NCBI GenBank assembly: GCA_002189035.1 | Contig: NEEC01000353.1 | Location: 1 to 19,572, forward strand | Length of the DNA stretch: 19,572 nt | Source of the DNA: Utricularia gibba | Lineage: Eukaryota > Plantae > Magnoliophyta | Direction: 5' to 3' | Part shown: in pieces, positions 1-13,310 of the stretch | Layout of the letters: each line of letters starts with the position of its first letter | Numbering within the stretch: position 1 is the stretch's first letter | Made by a program: the position numbers and the translations under genes | The notes under the pieces: generated by a model | Told to the model about the DNA's origin: nothing | Seen by the model: only the letters and a program-made list of their open reading frames with translations | Databases searched by the model: none

Positions 1-3000
1 TTTTCAGGATATGGCCGAAATACCGAACGGTGTGCGAGGCCACCATGAGGCTGCAGTAGGGACACACCAGAGCTTGTTCAGAGATCGCCTCGAAACCCAT
101 ACTTCACGTCATCCAATAAAACGCAGATGTTTTGCAAGGCGAAAATCACAATCGCGTCGATTCTCGTGTTCCGAGTCGCATCGTCGCGAACGTGGTGGCC
201 AATTTGTGGCACATCTAAAGGCTAAGATAAGGCGATAATTCGAGCTTTGATGCATCCTCGGACGAAGCTTTCAACACGGAAGCTGACCGGCACGGAAAGG
301 GGTTCGAAACGGTATGCCGGGCGCAGCATGACTCATCACGGTTTTCAGGATATGGCCGAATACCGAACGGTGTGCGAGGCCACCATGAGGCTGCAGTAGG
401 GACACACCAGAGCTTGTTCAGAGATCGCCTCGAAAACCCATACTTCACGTCACCCAATAAAACGCAGATGTTTTGCAAGGCGAAAATCACAATCGCGTCG
501 ATTCTCGTGTTCCGAGTCGCATCGTCGCGAACGTGGTGGCAATTTGTGGCACATCTGAAGGCTAAGATAAGGCGATAATTCGAGCTTTGATGCATCCTCG
601 GACGAAGAAGCTTTCAACACGGAAGCTGACCGGCACGGAAAGGGGTTCGAAACGGTATGCCGGGCGCAGCGTGACTCATCACGGTTTTCAGGATATGGCC
701 GAAATACCGAACGGTGTGCGAGGCCACCATGAGGCTGCGGTAGGGACACACCCAGAGCTTGTTCAGAGATCGCCTCGAAAACCCATACTTCACGTCATCC
801 AATAAAACGCAGATGTTTTGCAAGCGAAATCACAATCGCGTCGATTCTCGTGTTCCGAGTCGCATCGTCGCGAACGTGGTGGCCAATTTGTGGCACATCT
901 GAAGGCTAAGATAAGGCGATAATTCGAGCTTTGATGCATCCTCGGACGAAGAAGCTTTCAACACGGAAGCTGACCGGCACGGAAAGGGGTTCGAAACGGT
1001 ATGCCGGCGCAGCATGACTCATCACGGTTTCAGGATATGGCCGAAATACCGAACGGTGTGCGAGGCCACCATGAGGCTGCGGGTAGGGACACACCCAGAG
1101 CTTGTTCAGAGATCGCCTCGAAAACCCATACTTCACGTCATCCAATAAAACGCAGATGTTTTGCAAGCGAAAATCACAATCGCGTCGATTCTCGTTTCCG
1201 AGTCGCATCGTCGCGAACGTGGTGGCCAATTTGTGGCACATCTGAAGGCTAAGATAAGGCGATAATTCGAGCTTTGATGCATCCTCGGACGAAGAAGCTT
1301 TCAACACGGAAGCTGACCGGCACGGAAAGGGGTTCGAAACGGTATGCCGGGCGCAGCATGACTCATCACGTTTTCAGGATATGGCCGAAATACCGAACGG
1401 TGTGCGAGGCCACCATGAGGCTGCAGTAGGACACACCCAGAGCTTGTTCAGAGATCGCCTCGAAAACCCATACTTCACGTCATCCAATAAAACGCAGATG
1501 TTTTGCAAGGCGAAAATCACAATCGCGTCGATTCTCGTGTTCCGAGTCGCATCGTCGCGAACGTGGTGGCAATTTGTGCACATCTAAAGGCTAAGATAAG
1601 GCGATAATTCGAGCTTTGATGCATCCTCGGACGAAGAAGCTTTCAACACGGAAGCTGACCGGCACGGAAAGGGGTTCGAAACGGTATGCCGGGCGCAGCA
1701 TGACTCATCACGGTTTTCAGGATATGGCCGAATACCGAACGGTGTGCGAGGCCACCATGAGGCTGCGGTAGGGACACACCAGAGCTTGTTCAGAGATCGC
1801 CTCGAAAACCCATACTTCACGTCACCCAATAAAACGCAGATGTTTTGCAAGCGAAAATCACAATCGCGTCGATTCTCGTTTTCCGAGTCGCATCGTCGCG
1901 AACGTGGTGGCCAATTTGTGGCACATCTGAAGGCTAAGATAAGGCGATAATTCGAGCTTTGATGCATCCTCGGACGAAGAAGCTTTCAACACGGAAGCTG
2001 ACCGGCACGGAAAGGGGTTCGAAACGGTATGCCGGGCGCAGCATGACTCATCACGGTTTTCAGGATATGGCCGAAATACCGAACGGTGTGCGAGGCCACC
2101 ATGAGGCTGCGGTAGGACACACCAGAGCTTGTTCAGAGATCGCCTCGAAAACCCATACTTCACGTCACCAATAAAACGCAGATGTTTTGCAAGGCGAAAA
2201 TCACAATCGCGTCGATTCTCGTTTTCCGAGTCGCATCGTCGAACGTGGTGGCCAATTTGTGGCACATCTGAAGGCTAATAAGGCGATAATTCGAGCTCTG
2301 ATGCATCCTCGGACGAAGAAGCTTTCAACACGGAAGCTGACCGGCACGGAAAGGGGTTCGAAACGGGCGGCGCAGCTGACTCATCACGGTTTTCAGGATA
2401 TGGCCGAAATACCGAACGGTGTGCGAGGCCACCATGAGGCTGCGGGTAGGGACACACCCAGAGCTTGTTCAGAGATCGCTCGAAAACCCATACTTCACGT
2501 CATCCAATAAAACGCAGATTTTGCAAGCGAAAATCACAATCGCGTCGATTCTCGTGTTCCGAGTCGCATCGTCGCGAACGTGGTGGCCAATTTGTGGCAC
2601 ATCTGAAGGCTAAGATAAGGCGATAATTCGAGCTTGATGCATCCTCGGACGAAGAAGCTTTCAACACGGAAGCTGACCGGCACGGAAAGGGTTCGAAACG
2701 GTATGCCGGCGCAGCTGACTCATCACGGTTTTCAGGATATGGCCGAAATACCGAACGGTGTGCGAGGCCACCATGAGGCTGCGGGTAGGACACACCCAGA
2801 GCTTGTTCAGAGATCGCCTCGAAAAACCATACTTTCACGTCATCCAATAAAACGCAGATGTTTTGCAAACCGAAAATCACAATCGCGTCGATTCTCGTTT
2901 TCCGAGTCGCATCGTCGCGAACGTGGTGGCCAATTTGTGGCACATCTGAAGGCTAAGATAAGGCGATAATTCGAGCTTGATGCATCCTCGGACGAAGAGC

Positions 3001-4080
3001 TTTCAACACGGAAGCTGACCGGCACGGAAAGGGGTTCGAAACGGTATGCCGGCGCAGCATGACTCATCACGGTTTTCAGGATATCGAAATACCGAACGGT
3101 GTGCGAGGCCACCATGAGGCTGCGGGTAGGGACACACCCAGAGCTTGTTCAGAGATCGCCTCGAAAACCCATACTTCACGTCATCCAATAAAACGCAGAT
3201 GTTTTGCAAGGCGAAAATCACAATCGCGTCGATTCTCGTGTTCCGAGTCGCATCGTCGCGAACGTGGTGGCAATTTGTGGCACATCTGAAGGCTAAGATA
3301 AGGCGATAATTCGAGCTTTGATGCATCCTCGGACGAAGAAGCTTTCAACACGGAAGCTGACCGGCACGGAAAGGGGTTCGAAACGGTATGCCGGGCGCAG
3401 CATGACTCATCACGGTTTTCAGGATATGGCCGAAATACCGAACGGTGTGCGAGGCCACCATGAGGCTGCACGTAGGGACACACCCAGAGCTTGTTCAGAG
3501 ATCGCCTCGAAAACCCATACTTCACGTCATCCAATAAAACGCAGATGTTTGCAGGCGAAAATCACAATCGCGTCGATTCTCGTGTTCCGAGTCGCATCGT
3601 CGCGAACGTGGTGGCCAATTTGTGGCACATCTGAAGGCTAAGATAAGGCGATAATTCGAGCTTTGATGCATCCTCGGACGAAGAAGCTTTCAACACGAAG
3701 CTGACCGGCACGGAAAGGGGTTCGAAACGGTATGCCGGCGCAGCATGACTCATCACGGTTTTCAGGATATGGCCGAAATACCGAACGGTGTGCGAGGCCA
3801 CCATGAGGCTGCAGTAGGGACACACCCAGAGCTTGTTCAGAGATCGCCTCGAAAACCCATACTTCACGTCATCCAATAAAACGCAGATGTTTTGCAAGGC
3901 GAAAATCACAATCGCGTCGATTCTCGTGTTCCGAGTCGCATCGTCGCGAACGTGGTGGCCAATTTGTGGCACATCTGAAGGCTAAGATAAGGCGATAATT
4001 CGAGCTTTGATGCATCCTCGGACGAAGAAGCTTTCAACACGGAAGCTGACCGGCACGGAAAGGGGTTTCGAAACGGTATG

Positions 4081-7000
4081 CCGGGCAGCAACGCAATGAC
4101 TCGAATGAGGCACGAGCTTGTTCAGAGATATGACGCACGAAATACCGAACGGTGTGCGAGGCGAGGCACCATGAGGCTCGCAGTAGGGACACTCACCCAG
4201 AGGCCGAAATTGTTCAGAGATCGCCTCGAAAACCCATACTTCACGTCATCCAATAAAACGCAGATGTTTTGCAGAGTCGCATCGAAAATCACATCTAATC
4301 GCGATCGGATTCTCGTTCGTTCCGAGTCGCATCGTCGCGAACGTGGTGGCCAATTTGTGGCACATCTAAAAGGGCTAAATCGATTTGATGCATCGGCGAT
4401 GAATTCGAAGGCTTTGATGGCATCCTCGGACGAAGAAGCTTTCAACACGGAAGCTGACCGGCACGGAAAGGGGTTCGAAACGGTATGCCGGGCGCAGCAT
4501 GACTCATCGGTTTTCAGGATATGGCCGAAATACCGAACGGTGTGCGAGGCCACCATGAGGCTGCAGTAGGACACACCCAGAGCTTGTTCAGAGATCGCCT
4601 CGAAAACCCATACTTCACGTCATCCAATAAAACGCAGATGTTTTGCAAGCGAAAATCACAATCGCGTCGATTCTCGTGTTCCGAGTCGCATCGTCGCGAA
4701 CGTGGTGGCCAATTTGTGGCACATCTAAAGGCTAAGATAAGGCGATAATTCGAGCTTTGATGCATCCTCGGACGAAGAAGCTTTCAACACGGAAGCTGAC
4801 CGGCACGGAAAGGGGTTCGAAACGGTATGCCGGGCGCAGCATGACTCATCACGGTTTTCAGGAAATACCGAACGGTGTGCCGAAATACCCTCGAAAACCC
4901 ATACTTCACGTCATCCAATAAAACGCAGATGTTTTGCAAGGCGAAAATCACAATCGCGTCGATTCTCGTGTTCCGAGTCGCATCGTCGCGAACGTGGTGG
5001 CCAATTTGTGGCACATCTGAAGGCTAAGATAAGGCGATAATTCGAGCTTTGATGCATCCTCGGACGAAGAAGCTTTCAACACGGAAGCTGACCGGCACGG
5101 AAAGGGGTCGAAACGATGATCGCCTACCGAAAACCATGAGGCATAGGGACACACCCAGAGCTTGTTCAGAGATCGCCTCGAAAACCCATACTTCACGTCA
5201 TCCAATAAAACGCAGATGTTTTGCAAGGCGAAAATCACAATCGCGTCGATTCTCGTGTTCCGAGTCGCATCGTCGCGAACGTGGTGGCCAATTTGTGGCA
5301 CATCTGAAGGCTAAGATAAGGCGATAATTCGAGCTTTGATGCATCCTCGGACGAAGAAGCTTTCAACACGGAAGCTGACCGGCACGGAAAGGGGTTCGAA
5401 ACGGTATGCCGGGCGCAGCATGACTCATCACGGTTTTCAGGATATGGCCGAAATACCGAACGGTGTGCGAGGCCACCATGAGGCTGCGGTAGGGACACAC
5501 CCCAGCTCTTTCAGAGATCGTCGCCTCGAACCCATATTCACGTCATCCAATAAAACGCAGCAGTTTTGCAAAGGCGCGTCGAAATCGTCGCGAACGTGGT
5601 GGCCAATTTGTGGCACATCTGAAGGCTAAGATAAGGCGATAATTCGAGCTCGTGTTTCCGAGTGACGCAGGATATGGCGAAATACCGAACGGTGTGCGAG
5701 GCCACCATGAGGCTGGTAGGCCAATTTGTGGAAAACATACATCTGAATGGCAAGGCGAAAATACAGATTCTCGTGTTCCGAGTCGCATCGTCGCGAACGT
5801 AATTCGAGGCTAAGATTGAGCTGCATCCTCGGACGAAGAAGCTTTCAACACGGAAGCTGACCGGCACGGAAAGGGGTTCGAAACGGTATGCCGGCGCAGC
5901 ATGACTCATCACGGTTTTCAGGATATGGCCGAAATACCGAACGGTGTGCGAGGCCACCATGAGGCTGCGGTACGTAGGATCGCCTCGAAAACCCATACTT
6001 CACGTCATCCAGCAGCAACCGAAAATTGTTTCAGAGATCGCCATCGAAAAGATAAGGCGATAATTCGAGCTTTGATACTTTTCACGTGACACGGAAAGGG
6101 GTTCGAAACATGCCGGGCGCATGAATCAACCGCAGGTGTGCGAGGCCACCATGAGGCTTTTGCAGAGGCGAAAATCACAATCGCGTCAAGGCGATCACAA
6201 TCGCGTCGATTCTCGTGTTCCGAGTCGCATCGTCGCGAACGTGGTGGCCAATTTGTGGCACATCTGAAGGCTAAGATAAGGCGATAATTCGAGCTTTGAT
6301 GCATCCTCGGACGAAGAAGCTTTCAACACGGAAGCTGACCGGCACGGAAAGGGGTTCGAAACGGTATGCCGGGCGCAGCATGACTCATCACGGTTTTCAG
6401 GATATGGCCGAAATACCGAACGGTGTGCGAGGCCACCATGAGGCTGCAGTAGGGACACACCAGAGCTTGTTCAGAGATCGCCTCGAAAACCCATACTTCA
6501 CGTCACCCAATGTTTTGCAAAAAATCGCATTCTCGTGTTCCGAGTCGCATCGTCGCGAACGTGGTGGCCAATTTGTGGCACATCTGAAGGCTAAGATAAG
6601 GCGATAATTCGAGCTTTGATGCATCCTCGGACGAAGAAGCTTTCAACACGGAAGCTGACCGGCACGGAAAGGGGTCTCCGTTCATTTTTCCGAGTCGAGG
6701 CCATCGTCGAGCTTGTTCAGAGATCGCCTCGGTGGCCGAAAATTTCGATGGCCGACGCATCTAAAGGCTAAGATAAGGCGATAATTCGAGCTTTGATGCA
6801 TCCTCGGACGAAGAAGCTTTCAACACGGAAGCTGACCGGCACGGAAAGGGGTTCGAAACGGTATGCCGGGCGCAGCATGACTCATCACGGTTTTCAGGAT
6901 ATGGCTCCGAACGTCACGGTTTTCAGGATATACACGGCAGCGAAATACCGAAGTCGGTGTGCGAGAAAACCCATGAGGCTGCACGTAGGGAACACCCAAG

Positions 7001-8370
7001 CTTGTTGTTTTGCAAGGCTCGAAAACCCATACTTCACATCACGCAATAAAACGCGTCGTGTTCCGAGTCGCATCGTCGCGAACGTGGTGCACAACCGAAA
7101 ATCACATCTGAATTCTAAGATAAGGCCGAGTCGAGCTTTCGCGCATCGTCGGTGGCAACAATTTTCAACACGGAAGAAGGCTAAGATAAGGCGATAATTC
7201 GAGCTTTGATGCATCCTCGGACGAAGAAGCTTTCAACACGGAAGCTGACCGGCACGGAAAGGGGTTCGAAACGGTATGCCGGGCGCAGCATGACTCATCA
7301 CGGTTTTCAGGATATGGCCGAAATACCGAACGGTGTGCGAGGCCACCATGAGGCTGCAGTAGGGACACACCCAGAGCTTGTCACAATCGCGTCGATTCTC
7401 GTGTTCCGAGTCGCATCGTCGCGAACGTGGTGGCCAATTTGTGGCACATCTGAAGGCCGATACGAGCTTCACCTCGTTTCATCCAAAACGAAACATGATG
7501 ACTTTTTTCAGGATATGGCCGAAATACCGAACGGTGTGCGAGGCCACCATGAGGCTGCACAATCAGCGTCGATTCTCGTGTTTTGCAAGGCGAGCGTCGC
7601 AGTCGCATCGCGCGAACGTGGTGGCCAATTTGTGGCACATCTGAAGGCTAAGATAAGGCGATAATTCGAGCTCTCCTCTCGGATGGAAGCTGACCGGCAC
7701 GGAAAGGGGTTCGAAACGGTATGCCGGGCGCACATGAAGAGGAGGCTTTGCAACATGAGGCGGAAGCTTGACCTCGAAAACCCATACTTCACGCATCGGA
7801 AACCGGGTCGATTCTCGAAACGGGTAATGCCATCTGAAGGCGATAAGGCGATAATTCGAGCTTTGATGCATCCTCGGACGAAGAGCTTTCAACACGGAAG
7901 CTGACCGGCACGGAAAGGGTTCGAAACGGTATGCAGGATATGGTTTTCAGGATATGGCGAAATACCGAACGGTGTGCGAGGCCACCATGAGGCTGCGGGT
8001 AGAGAAAAACCCATACTTCACGTCATCCAATAAAACGCAGATGTTTTGCAAGGCGAAAATCACAATCGCGTCGATTCTCGTGTTCCGAGTCATCGTCGCG
8101 AACGTGGTGGCCAATTTGTGGCCATCGAAAACGATAATTCCATGCACTTTTCAACATCACCGAAACGGAATGACTCATCACGGTTTTCAGGATATGGCCG
8201 AAATACCGAACGGTGTGCGAGGCCACCATGAGGCTGCGGGTTTGAGAGAAAATCACAATCGCGTTTCAGGATTCTCGTTTTCCGAGTCGCATCGTCGCGA
8301 ACGTGGTGGCCAATTTGTGGCACATCTGAAGGCTAAGATAAGGCGATAATTCGAGCTCGATGCTGATCTG
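4081..8370. repeat. Degenerate or scrambled block of the array: stretched, truncated and out-of-phase monomers built from monomer fragments
   Basis: The monomer at about 4105-4510 is stretched to about 405 nt by short insertions. Monomers from 4855 to 8370 carry internal deletions of tens to over 100 nt (e.g. at 7380 CAGAGCTTG joins TCACAATCGCG). Local duplications occur at 6174-6207 and 6885-6931. All recognisable fragments are same-strand pieces of the monomer. Confidence 0.9.
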
Positions 8371-11300
8371 CACGAAGGGACACACCACAGAGCTTGTTCA
8401 GAGATCGCCTCGAAAACCCATACTTCACGTCACCCAATAAAACGCAGATGTTTTGCAAGCCGAAAATCACAATCGCGTCGATTCTCGTTTCCGAGTCGCA
8501 TCGTCGCGAACGTGGTGGCCAATTTGTGCACATCTAAGGCTAAGATAGGCGATAATTCGAGCTTTGATGCATCCTCGGACGAAGAAGCTTTCAACACGGA
8601 AGCTGACCGGCACGGAAAGGGGTTCGAAACGGTATGCCGGGCGCAGCTGACTCATCACGGTTTTCAGGATATGGCCGAAATACCGAACGGTGTGCGAGGC
8701 CACCATGAGGCTGCAGTAGGGACACACCCAGAGCTTGTTCAGAGATCGCCTCGAAAACCCATACTTCACGTCATCCAATAAAACGCAGATGTTTTGCAAC
8801 GAAATCACAATCGTCGATTCTCGTTTCCGAGTCGCATCGTCGCGAACGTGGTGGCCAATTTGTGGCACATCTAAAGGCTAAGATAAGGCGATAATTCGAG
8901 CTTTGATGCATCCTCGGACGAAGAAGCTTTCAACACGGAAGCTGACCGGCACGGAAAGGGGTTCGAAACGGTATGCCGGGCGCAGCATGACTCATCACGG
9001 TTTTCAGGATATGGCCGAAATACCGAACGGTGCGAGGCCACCATGAGGCTGCAGTAGGGACACACCCAGAGCTTGTTCAGAGATCGCCTCGAAAACCCAT
9101 ACTTCACGTCATCCAATAAAACGCAGATGTTTGCAACCGAAAATCACAATCGCGTCGATTCTCGTTTCCGAGTCGCATCGTCGCGAACGTGGTGGCCAAT
9201 TTGTGGCACATCTGAAGGCTAAGATAAGGCGATAATTCGAGCTTTGATGCATCCTCGGACGAAGAAGCTTTCAACACGGAAGCTGACCGGCACGGAAAGG
9301 GGTTCGAAACGGTATGCCGGCGCGCAGCATGACTCATCACGGTTTTCAGGATATGGCCGAAATACCGAACGGTGTGCGAGGCCACCATGAGGCTGCAGGT
9401 AGGGACACACCCAGAGCTTGTTCAGAGATCGCCTCGAAAACCCATACTTCACGTCATCCAATAAAACGCAGATGTTTTGCAACCGAAAATCACAATCGCG
9501 TCGATTCTCGTTTCCGAGTCGCATCGTCGCGAACGTGGTGGCCAATTTGTGGCACATCTGAAGGCTAAGATAAGGCGATAATTCGAGCTTGATGCATCCT
9601 CGGACGAAGAAGCTTTCAACACGGAAGCTGACCGGCACGGAAAGGGGTTCGAAACGGTATGCCGGGCGCAGCATGACTCATCACGTTTTCAGGATATGGC
9701 CGAAATACCGAACGGTGTGCGAGGCCACCATGAGGCTGCAGGTAGGACACACCCAGAGCTTGTTCAGAGATCGCCTCGAAAACCCATACTTCACGTCATC
9801 CAATAAAACGCAGATGTTTTGCAAGCGAAAATCACAATCGCGTCGATTCTCGTTTTCCGAGTCGCATCGTCGCGAACGTGGTGGCCAATTTGTGGCACAT
9901 CTGAAGGCTAAGATAAGGCGATAATTCGAGCTTTGATGCATCCTCGGACGAAGAAGCTTTCAACACGGAAGCTGACCGGCACGGAAAGGGGTTCGAAACG
10001 GTATGCCGGGCGCAGCATGACTCATCACGGTTTTCAGGATATGGCCGAAATACCGAACGGTGTGCGAGGCCACCATGAGGCTGCAGTAGGGACACACCAG
10101 AGCTTGTTCAGAGATCGCCTCGAAAACCCATACTTCACGTCATCCAATAAAACGCAGATGTTTTGCAAGGCGAAAATCACAATCGCGTCGATTCTCGTGT
10201 TCCGAGTCGCATCGTCGCGAACGTGGTGGCCAATTTGTGGCACATCTGAAGGCTAAGATAAGGCGATAATTCGAGCTTTGATGCATCCTCGGACGAAGAA
10301 AGCTTTCAACACGGAAGCTGACCGGCACGGAAAGGGGTTCGAAACGGTATGCCGGGCGCAGCATGACTCATCACGGTTTTCAGGATATGGCCGAAATACC
10401 GAACGGTGTGCGAGGCCACCATGAGGCTGCACGTAGGGACACACCCAGAGCTTGTTCAGAGATCGCCTCGAAAACCCATACTTCACGTCATCCAATAAAA
10501 CGCAGATGTTTTGCAAGCGAAAATCACAATCGCGTCGATTCTCGTGTTCCGAGTCGCATCGTCGCGAACGTGGTGGCCAATTTGTGGCACATCTGAAGGC
10601 TAAGATAAGGCGATAATTCGAGCTTGATGCATCCTCGGACGAAAAGCTTTCAACACGGAAGCTGACCGGCACGGAAGGGTTCGAAACGGTATGGCGGGTT
10701 GGGGGATATGGGATGTGTGCGAGGCCACCATGAGGCTGCAGGGACACACCCAGAGCTTGTTCAGAGATCGCTCGAAAACCCATACTTCACGTCATCCAAT
10801 AAAACGCAGATGTTTTGCAAGGCGAAAATCACAATCGCGTCGATTCTCGTGTTCCGAGTCGCATCGTCGCGAACGTGGTGGCCAATTTGTGGCACATCTG
10901 AAGGCTAAGATAAGGCGATAATTCGAGCTTTGATGCATCCTCGGACGAAGAAGCTTTCAACACGGAAGCTGACCGGCACGGAAAGGGGTTCGAAACGGTA
11001 TGCCGGGCGCAGCATGACTCATCACGGTTTTCAGGATATGGCCGAAATACCGAACGGTGTGCGGCCACCATGAGGCTGCACGTAGGGACACCCAGAGCTT
11101 GTTCAGAGATCGCCTCGAAAACCCATACTTCACGTCATCCAATAAAACGCAGTTTTGCAAGCGAAAATCACAATCGCGTCGATTCTCGTGTTCCGAGTCG
11201 CATCGTCGCGAACGTGGTGGCCAATTTGTGGCACATCTAAAGGCTAAGATAAGGCGATAATTCGAGCTTTGATGCATCCTCGGACGAAGAAGCTTTCAAC

Positions 11301-13216
11301 ACGGAAGCTGACCGGCACGGAAAAGGGTTCGAAACGGTATGCCGGGCGCAGCATGACTCATCACGGTTTTCAGGATATGGCCGAAATACCGAACGGTGTG
11401 CGAGGCCACCATGAGGCTGCAGGTAGGGACACACCCAGAGCTTGTTCAGAGATCGCCTCGAAAACCCATACTTCACGTCATCCAATAAAACGCAGATGTT
11501 TGCAACCCGAAAATCACAATCGGTCGATTCTCGTTTTCCGAGTCGCATCGTCGCGAACGTGGTGGCCAATTTGTGGCACATCTGAAGGCTAAGATAAGGC
11601 GATAATTCGAGCTTGATGCATCCTCGGACGAAGAAGCTTTCAACACGGAAGCTGACCGGCACGGAAAGGGGTTCGAAACGGTATGCCGGGCGCAGCATGA
11701 CTCATCACGGTTTTCAGGATATGGCCGAAATACCGAACGGTGTGCGAGGCCACCATGAGGCTGCACGTAGGGACACACCCAGAGCTTGTTCAGAGATCGC
11801 CTCGAAAACCCATACTTCACGTCATCCAATAAAACGCAGATGTTTTGCAACCGAAAATCACAATCGCGTCGATTCTCGTTTTCCGAGTCGCATCGTCGCG
11901 AACGTGGTGGCCAATTTGTGGCACATCTGAAGGCTAAGATAAGGCGATAATTCGAGCTTTGATGCATCCTCGGACGAAGAAGCTTTCAACACGGAAGCTG
12001 ACCGGCACGGAAAGGGGTTCGAAACGGTATGCCGGGCGCAGCATGACTCATCACGGTTTTCAGGATATGGCCGAAATACCGAACGGTGTGCGAGGCCACC
12101 ATGAGGCTGCAGTAGGGACACACCCAGAGCTTGTTCAGAGATCGCCTCGAAAACCCATACTTCACGTCATCCAATAAAACGCAGATGTTTGCAAGGCGAA
12201 AATCACAATCGCGTCGATTCTCGTGTTCCGAGTCGCATCGTCGCGAACGTGGTGGCCAATTTGTGGCACATCTGAAGGCTAAGATAAGGCGATAATTCGA
12301 GCTTTGATGCATCCTCGGACGAAAGCTTTCAACACGGAAGCTGACCGGCACGGAAAGGGGTTCGAAACGGTATGCCGGCGCAGCATGACTCATCACGGTT
12401 TTCAGGATATGGCCGAAATACCGAACGGTGTGCGAGGCCACCATGAGGCTGCAGTAGGGACACACCCAGAGCTTGTTCAGAGATCGCCTCGAAAACCCAT
12501 ACTTCACGTCATCCAATAAAACGCAGATGTTTTGCAACCGAAAATCACAATCGGGTCGATTCTCGTGTTCCGAGTCGCATCGTCGCGAACGTGGTGGCCA
12601 ATTTGTGGCACATCTGAAGGCTAAGATAAGGCGATAATTCGAGCTTTGATGCATCCTCGGACGAAGAAGCTTTCAACACGGAAGCTGACCGGCACGGAAA
12701 GGGTTCGAAACGGTATGCCGGGCGCAGCTTGACTCATCACGGTTTTCAGGATATGGCCGAAATACCGAACGGTGTGTGCGAGGCCACCATGAGGCTGCAG
12801 TAGGGACACACCCAGAGCTTGTTCAGAGATCGCCTCGAAAACCCATACTTCACGTCATCCAATAAAACGCAGATGTTTTGCAAGGCGAAAATCACAATCG
12901 CGTCGATTCTCGTTTTCCGAGTCGCATCGTCGCGAACGTGGTGGCCAAATTGTGGCACATCTGAAGGCTAAGATAAGGCGATAATTCGAGCTTTGATGCA
13001 TCCCTCGGACGAAGAAGCTTTCAACACGGAAGCTGACCGGCACGGAAAGGGGTTCGAAACGGTATGCCGGGCGCAGCATGACTCATCACGGTTTTCAGGA
13101 TATGGCCGAAATACCGAACGGTGTGCGAGGCCACCATGAGGCTGCAGTAGGGACACACCCAGAGCTTGTTCAGAGATCGCCTCGAAAACCCATACTTCAC
13201 GTCATCCAATAAAACG

Positions 13217-13310
13217 CAGATGTTTTGCAAGGCGAAAATCACAATCGCGTCGATTCTCGTGTTCCGAGTCGCATCGTCGCGAACGTGGTGGCCAATTTGT
13301 GGCACATCTG
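13217..13310 (+). other. 94-nt imperfect inverted repeat (hairpin or cruciform), monomer positions 126-219; present in every intact monomer
   Basis: CAGATGT(126-132)/ACATCTG(213-219); TTGCAAG(134-140)/TTTGTGG(205-211) with 4 G.T pairs; ATCAC(147-151)/GTGGT(194-198); TCGCG(154-158)/CGCGA(187-191); CGAT(160-163)/ATCG(182-185); all have i+j=345. CTCG(165-168)/CGAG(174-177) closes a TGTTC loop. Pairing was read by hand and no folding energy was computed. Confidence 0.75.

Noticed and set aside
13192-13302. U1 snRNA-like gene (ATACTT at 13192; AATTTGTGG, identical to the U1 Sm site, at 13294-13302)
   Set aside because: The 5' match stops after 6 nt (ATACTTCACG versus ATACTTACCTG). The U1-70K and U1A loops are not present in order, the spacing is short, and the Sm-like site is base-paired within the long hairpin.
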